Assembly: GCA_038801655.1 (NCBI GenBank)
Contig: JAULTB010000001.1
Location: forward strand, 1-49,068
Reading direction: 5' to 3'
DNA: 49,068 bases
From: Candidatus Methanosuratincola thermotaenarum
GTDB taxonomy: Archaea; Thermoproteota; Methanomethylicia; Methanomethylicales; Methanomethylicaceae
This document shows, one piece after another, positions 44,650-49,068 of the stretch; the first letter of the stretch is position 1; each line of letters starts with the position of its first letter. The position numbers were made by a program, and so were the translations under genes. The notes under the pieces were generated by a model. That model saw only the letters and a program-made list of their open reading frames with translations, was not told the origin of the DNA and did not search any database.

Positions 44650-45972
44650 CTATACACCCTCGTTTACCGCAATCACGTCGAGCTCAGTGCATCTCGCCCC
44701 GCAGCCAAGGATCTCCGAGACGCTCGGGGTTGTCCTCCCCCCGTCCCCTGAGATCAGCTCTTTTACGTAGAGCCCGCCCTGGCAGCGGACAACGAGCTCA
44801 AGGTGCCTAGGGTCGATCATCTTGACCGACATCTCATAGACCTTCTTGAGCCTGAGCCTGTCAGCCCGGCGATGCAGCACTCTGTTCGGAGTTAATTGAT
44901 TTATAACACATCCATTAAAGCTTTTCCCCAATGCCCCTGCCTCTTCCTCGCTTATATCGCGGTCCAGCTCAACGAGTGCCCTGTAGACCTTCTCTGCGAC
45001 CTTGGCGCCTTCCTTGAGCCTCCTCACGGTTCTCCTGTCCGAGAGCCTGAGCCCCGCAACCTCAACCATCCCGTTCCCTTCCTTGTTAATTTCGGCTTCT
45101 ACTGCCTTGAGATCCAGCTCTCTAATCTTCGGTTCCCTTACCTCTACCACGAAAGGTCTTCCGTTCCCGCTCATTATCGCATCCACGTCCTCCCTGCCCG
45201 CCCCGTGGAACTTGGTCTCCTTCCCGCCAGCTGCCTTGAGGATTGGCCCACAGACTATCTCCTCCACAGATATTGGATAGATCTTCCCAGTGCCGTGGCA
45301 GATCTCGCAACCTCTCCCCCTGCAGTGTACGCAGTCCCACTTCGACTGGGGTATCCCCCTGGCGAGCTTCCTGTACCTGCCGAATACGAATAAAGGCATC
45401 GGGCTGACCTCCACCACAGGTCCGGGTATCCCGACCGTGACGACCACGTCGGGCTTAGCGAACTCAACTTCCCTGCCAGTTGCCTTCGAGACCAGCTTCC
45501 CGATCTCCCTGCTGGTCTCCATTTTCATTGACTCCCCGAACTCGATTCCAAACTCCGACTTTACCTCATCCTCGCGCTCGGCAAGCTCCCCGGAAACCTT
45601 CACTCCAATGAGAAATGTCTTGTATTCGTACCCTTCAAGCGCCCTGACGGCCTCCGCCGCGTACTCGCCCATCCTGTCCATTATCCCGCCGCATATGTAG
45701 CAACTGTCCTTGGAGGTCTCACCGACTAGGTTTGAGGCAGGGGCGTGGGCGCCTCTAACGGCAAGATCCCTCAAGACCCCTTCTTGGGACTCATCCCCTT
45801 TCTTGAGCCCCATGTGCGCCTCCATGGTGATCACCAATTTCAGTGCAAACCCTCTCTCCTTGTTCGTGATCCCCCTGCCCAGCCCGCCAAACTGCCTCCC
45901 AAAACAGCTGTCGCAGAGCGGGTACCTGTGGAGCATCGATCTTACCTTCTCGATCAGTGACATAATCAACAC
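44650..45972 (-). CDS. pus10: tRNA pseudouridine synthase Pus10 (Psi54/Psi55)
   Basis: 440 aa. It has the N-terminal zinc module CDSCFGRQF...CYICGG, a THUMP-like middle region, CVHCRGRGCEICHGTGK and the catalytic-domain block GREDVDAIMSGNGRPFVVEV. Confidence 0.85.
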   Translation of the reverse strand: MLIMSLIEKVRSMLHRYPLCDSCFGRQFGGLGRGITNKERGFALKLVITMEAHMGLKKGDESQEGVLRDLAVRGAHAPASNLVGETSKDSCYICGGIMDRMGEYAAEAVRALEGYEYKTFLIGVKVSGELAEREDEVKSEFGIEFGESMKMETSREIGKLVSKATGREVEFAKPDVVVTVGIPGPVVEVSPMPLFVFGRYRKLARGIPQSKWDCVHCRGRGCEICHGTGKIYPISVEEIVCGPILKAAGGKETKFHGAGREDVDAIMSGNGRPFVVEVREPKIRELDLKAVEAEINKEGNGMVEVAGLRLSDRRTVRRLKEGAKVAEKVYRALVELDRDISEEEAGALGKSFNGCVINQLTPNRVLHRRADRLRLKKVYEMSVKMIDPRHLELVVRCQGGLYVKELISGDGGRTTPSVSEILGCGARCTELDVIAVNEGV

Positions 45973-46029
45973 CGGAGAACTCGTGAGTACCTTCCACCGG
46001 GAGATGGAATATAAACCTTGATCCTTGAT

Positions 46030-46554
46030 TCAGGGTTGCGACCTGTCTATCGCATTGTTTAAGATCACTGCAGCCTGGTCCGCGGTCAACCTTCTCGCCC
46101 CGAGGCGGAGTGGCTCGAATCCTGACCTCTTCAGCCACTCTAGAACATCATGCTCTATGCCCTTGCACCAGAAGACCACCGAGATGTCCGACCCTATCCC
46201 GTGTGTGCTCCCCGGTCCATCAAAAAAGAATTTTCTACCTGGGAGCCTTGGCGCCAGATCTGCTATATCTGCCCTCTTTGCGCTCACGCCCTGAAGAACC
46301 CTATGCTTCCCCCCCTCCTCCACCCTCCTAAGCCCTGCCCTCAAAATTCCTGAGAGTGATTGCTCGTCGGGCCTAACAGTCCTCATCGCCCAGCCTTCAA
46401 AACTGACCAATACCTCGTCATCAAACAGGACTGCGGCCCAGACATCCTTCCTAGTCCCGTGCGATAGCAGGAGGGATCCTGCTATGAATCTCGTCAGCAG
46501 CCCTCTGTTGGAAGCGAGGTCAGTCTTTCTTGCCAGAAGCATGAAACTTCGCAA
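46030..46554 (-). CDS. trmY: tRNA (pseudouridine54-N1)-methyltransferase TrmY (SPOUT, DUF358)
   Basis: 174 aa with MRSFMLLARKT...LTRFIAGSLLLSHGTRKDVWAAVLF...RPDEQSLSGILRAGL. Size and blocks fit the TrmY family, and it lies immediately downstream of pus10. Confidence 0.72.
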   Translation of the reverse strand: MRSFMLLARKTDLASNRGLLTRFIAGSLLLSHGTRKDVWAAVLFDDEVLVSFEGWAMRTVRPDEQSLSGILRAGLRRVEEGGKHRVLQGVSAKRADIADLAPRLPGRKFFFDGPGSTHGIGSDISVVFWCKGIEHDVLEWLKRSGFEPLRLGARRLTADQAAVILNNAIDRSQP

Positions 46555-46564
46555 GACGATGCCC

Positions 46565-47920
46565 CTAGTACTTCGGGATCTGCCCGCCCTTAATCCCTGG
46601 GAATCTCTTCTGTTTCGTGACCATCTGCTTGACGAACTTCTTGCTCATCTTGTACTGGTCGAGCAGCTCCCTTATGTCCTTGGGGGTCGTGCCCGATCCC
46701 CTTGCTATCCTCCTGATCCTAGACCCGTCGATTATGTGGGGCTCCTCAAGCTCCTCCTGTGTCATGGACTGCATTATCACCATCCACCTCTTCATCCTCT
46801 CCTCGGAGAGATCCATCGCCTCCTTTGGGAGGCTGAGCCCCATTCCAGGTATTGACTGCAGGATCTTGCTCAAAGGTCCCATCCTCCTTAGCGCCTGCAT
46901 CTGATTGTAGAGGTCCTTCAGGGTGAACCTCCCTGAAGCTATTGCACTCAGGTCCTTTGACATTGAGGTGGTCTTCTGGACCTCCTTGACCTTCTCGACC
47001 AGCGCCTCGATGTCCCCCATCCCGAGGAGCCTGCCCACGAACCTCGGCGGGCTGAAAGGCTCGATCTCTTCTATCCCTTCGCCAGTCCCGATGAACCTTA
47101 TTGGCGCCCCTGTCGCCGCGACCGCAGAGAGGGCGCCTCCCCCCCTGGCAGATCCGTCCAGCTTCGTCAGGAAGATAGTCCCTATCTTGGTCGCCTGGTT
47201 GAACGCCTCAGCCTGCTGCATCGCCTGCTGCCCTATGGTGCCGTCCAAGACAAGTATTATCTCGTCCGGAGAGATTGCTTCGGCTATCTCTTTCATCTCG
47301 TTTATGAGATCGCCCTCATTCTTGTGCCTCCCCGCGGTGTCAACAATTATTAGCTCGATCCCCTTCTCCTTCATCTTCTGTACGCCATTCTTGGCGATCT
47401 CCACCGCGCTTTGGTTACCCTTTTCGCCGTAGAACTCCGCGCCTGCCCTATCCGCAAGCTGCTTCAGCTGGTCGTATGCCCCCGCCCTGAAGTTATCCGC
47501 ACAGACCACCCCGACAGAGAGACCCTGCTTCTTGTGGTGCCATGTAAGCTTGGACGCTGTTGTGGTCTTACCTGAGCCTTGGATCCCGACCAGCAGGACC
47601 ACCGTGGACCTGCCCCTCTGGTACTTGGGGAGCTGCGCCTTCTCGCCCCCAAGGAGGCCTGTCAGCTCGTCATACACGACCTTGACCGCAAGCTCCCTCC
47701 TCGTGATCCCGGGCGGGAGCTCCTCCTCGAGTATCCTCTTCTCGATCCTCTTCGAGAGCTCTGAGACAAGCCTCACGTTGACGTCAGACTGTATCAGGGC
47801 GCGCTGGATGTCCCTGACCAGTTCCTTCACAGCCTTCTCATCTACGACGGGCGCTCTAAGGATCTTCTTTATTGCATTGCCAAGAGAGCTGCTGAGGCTG
47901 TCCAATACCATCTGGCACAC
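46565..47920 (-). CDS. srp54: Signal recognition particle protein SRP54
   Basis: 451 aa. The NG domain has LVGIQGSGKTTT, DTAGRH and TKLDGSARGG. The C-terminal M domain is Met-rich. Confidence 0.95.
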   Translation of the reverse strand: MCQMVLDSLSSSLGNAIKKILRAPVVDEKAVKELVRDIQRALIQSDVNVRLVSELSKRIEKRILEEELPPGITRRELAVKVVYDELTGLLGGEKAQLPKYQRGRSTVVLLVGIQGSGKTTTASKLTWHHKKQGLSVGVVCADNFRAGAYDQLKQLADRAGAEFYGEKGNQSAVEIAKNGVQKMKEKGIELIIVDTAGRHKNEGDLINEMKEIAEAISPDEIILVLDGTIGQQAMQQAEAFNQATKIGTIFLTKLDGSARGGGALSAVAATGAPIRFIGTGEGIEEIEPFSPPRFVGRLLGMGDIEALVEKVKEVQKTTSMSKDLSAIASGRFTLKDLYNQMQALRRMGPLSKILQSIPGMGLSLPKEAMDLSEERMKRWMVIMQSMTQEELEEPHIIDGSRIRRIARGSGTTPKDIRELLDQYKMSKKFVKQMVTKQKRFPGIKGGQIPKY

Positions 47921-47990
47921 CTTGCTTTACAGATGATGAATTGGCGGTCTTCCTCTAAAATGCTTTGGGGCTCAAAAAGTGGAACAGGGT

Positions 47991-48386
47991 TTACTTGACC
48001 CTCATTATGTGCTTCTCATTGAGTATGTCCCAGTACTCGACCTCTGCCCCTGGCGCTATCTTCGCCATTATCTCCTCGTCTTTCGGTTTCTTTACCTCAA
48101 AAGTCTCATAGCTCTCTAGGTCCATAAGCTGAACTGAGTCTGGCATAATCGAGATGACTTGGGCAGCCCTCTTCTCCACTATCGGGACGTCTACCCTCTG
48201 GTCTGCTGGGGCGACGATGTTTCTCTTGACTCCGTCGAAGATGCCGACCGCCACGACCCTGCCTTTCGCTGAGCCGTGCTTTCCTGTCTTCGACTTCTCC
48301 ATCGAGACGACCCTGCAGGGCACTCCGTCTATGACCACGAAGCTGCCCTCTTTCAGTGAGCCAATTTCAACAGGTTTCGTTGACAT
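47991..48386 (-). CDS. eif5a: Translation initiation factor 5A (aIF5A)
   Basis: 131 aa with the hypusine-site block [13 protein letters not shown], followed by an OB-fold C-terminal half. Confidence 0.93.
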   Translation of the reverse strand: MSTKPVEIGSLKEGSFVVIDGVPCRVVSMEKSKTGKHGSAKGRVVAVGIFDGVKRNIVAPADQRVDVPIVEKRAAQVISIMPDSVQLMDLESYETFEVKKPKDEEIMAKIAPGAEVEYWDILNEKHIMRVK

Positions 48387-48665
48387 CAGTCTCTACCATC
48401 CGGTTGTTTTTGAGTAAATGGAATAAGTAAATAAATCTTATCATGCTCTCGTGCGGCAAGTGGAAAGACTGCCTCCACAGCGAGAGTCTACATTTTACTG
48501 GACCTGGTGGCAAAGACAATCTTGGCATGGCTGGTTTTCATCTGGATATTTGCAGCATTCTAAAACCTCCCTTTTACTCAATTTTATGATTCCTTATGGG
48601 CGCAGTTGCTGATCTCGGATAAAGTAATTAACCAGTTTCTCATTCACGATCTCAGGCGGCTCTGA

Positions 48666-49010
48666 TTGACCACCTCGTTCTCGGTAAACTCCCCGCGGTG
48701 CGATCAGAGGACCCAGATCGTCGCGGAGAAGGACGGCTCCGCGATTAAAATAAGGCTCAACACGACCTGCCCGAGAGTCAAGGCGTACGGGGAATCCCTC
48801 GGCGAAATCAGCATAAGTGACTTGGCTCAACCAATACTGAAGAACCCGATTTATGTCGTAGCCTCCTCGAAGCTCGGTCCTGAGTGCGTTGTTCCCTGCG
48901 CAGTTGTATCTGCTGCCTGGACAGAGGCTGGCATGGTCGCAAGGAGCATTCTCAACCGATTCCCTAGCACTTGCTTCACTTATGAAGGATCATCAGACAA
49001 CAAATTGTGA
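48666..49010 (+). CDS. Small cysteine-containing hypothetical protein (114 aa)
   Basis: TTG is the only start available, because a stop lies immediately upstream. The sequence is ...SPRCDQRTQIVAEKDGSAIKIRLNTTCPRVKAYGESLGEISISDL...NPIYVVASSKLGPECVVPCAVVSAAWTEAG, and it has an AGGCGG Shine-Dalgarno-like element upstream. It resembles an uncharacterised Cys-motif family, possibly DUF6951. That family name is from memory and is unverified. Confidence 0.45.
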   Translation: MTTSFSVNSPRCDQRTQIVAEKDGSAIKIRLNTTCPRVKAYGESLGEISISDLAQPILKNPIYVVASSKLGPECVVPCAVVSAAWTEAGMVARSILNRFPSTCFTYEGSSDNKL

Positions 49011-49068
49011 GAATGTAATGAATGCAATTTTGGAATTTTGGTCCGATTTCGTGCAAAGAATAATCAGT

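Noticed and set aside
48594-48830. 78-aa minus-strand ORF
   Set aside because: It overlaps the plus-strand Cys-motif ORF, which has the more protein-like sequence and a Shine-Dalgarno-like element. It has no motifs or signal of its own.
1-49068. CRISPR arrays, IS elements, integrases, prophage or defence-island signatures
   Set aside because: I saw no regularly spaced direct repeats, no transposase, integrase or Cas-like ORFs, and no large composition shift. Apart from the left edge, the window is core-gene territory.

Overview
This window is a densely coding archaeal chromosomal segment, euryarchaeote-like in content (RadB, GINS51 next to PriS, the L44e-S27e-aIF2alpha-Nop10 cluster, TrmY). 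It carries about 58 protein genes and one tRNA-Leu(CAG). I found no rRNA, CRISPR array, transposase or integrase. Most of it is core machinery:
- a roughly 16 kb single-strand information-processing block (32140-48386) running from Nop10 and aIF2alpha through PCNA and the primase genes to SRP54 and aIF5A;
- the three signature genes of the archaeal trans-anhydromevalonate-phosphate mevalonate route (UbiD-type decarboxylase plus AcnX large and small subunits);
- a translationally coupled archaeal CoA operon (coaBC, pantoate kinase, phosphopantothenate synthetase) ending in a small vitamin-transporter-like membrane protein;
- argG-argH, ileS, aglB, topA, xpd, tmk, carS and gcvH.

Items that stand out:
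1. At the left edge, two tandem divergent secreted paralogues with a TasA/SipW-like N-terminus sit upstream of a polytopic membrane protein that is missing from the ORF track. This may be an extracellular-fibre locus.
2. radB is split by a +1 frameshift in a G7 tract.
3. A pair made of an RNase III-like protein and an unknown protein is embedded in the conserved RpoL-TFS neighbourhood.
4. A radical SAM/SPASM enzyme carries an N-terminal extension of about 115 aa.
5. A 70-aa Cys/His protein is coupled to topA by an ATGA overlap and also overlaps the end of argH.
6. A non-coding stretch of about 330 nt upstream of the gcvH promoter is unexplained.
7. An identical 14-nt TATA module occurs at two bidirectional promoters.

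Many track ORFs appear 5'-over-extended. Several real starts look like internal ATG/GTG/TTG codons behind a TATA box or a Shine-Dalgarno sequence. All family assignments come from motif recognition by eye, not database searches.
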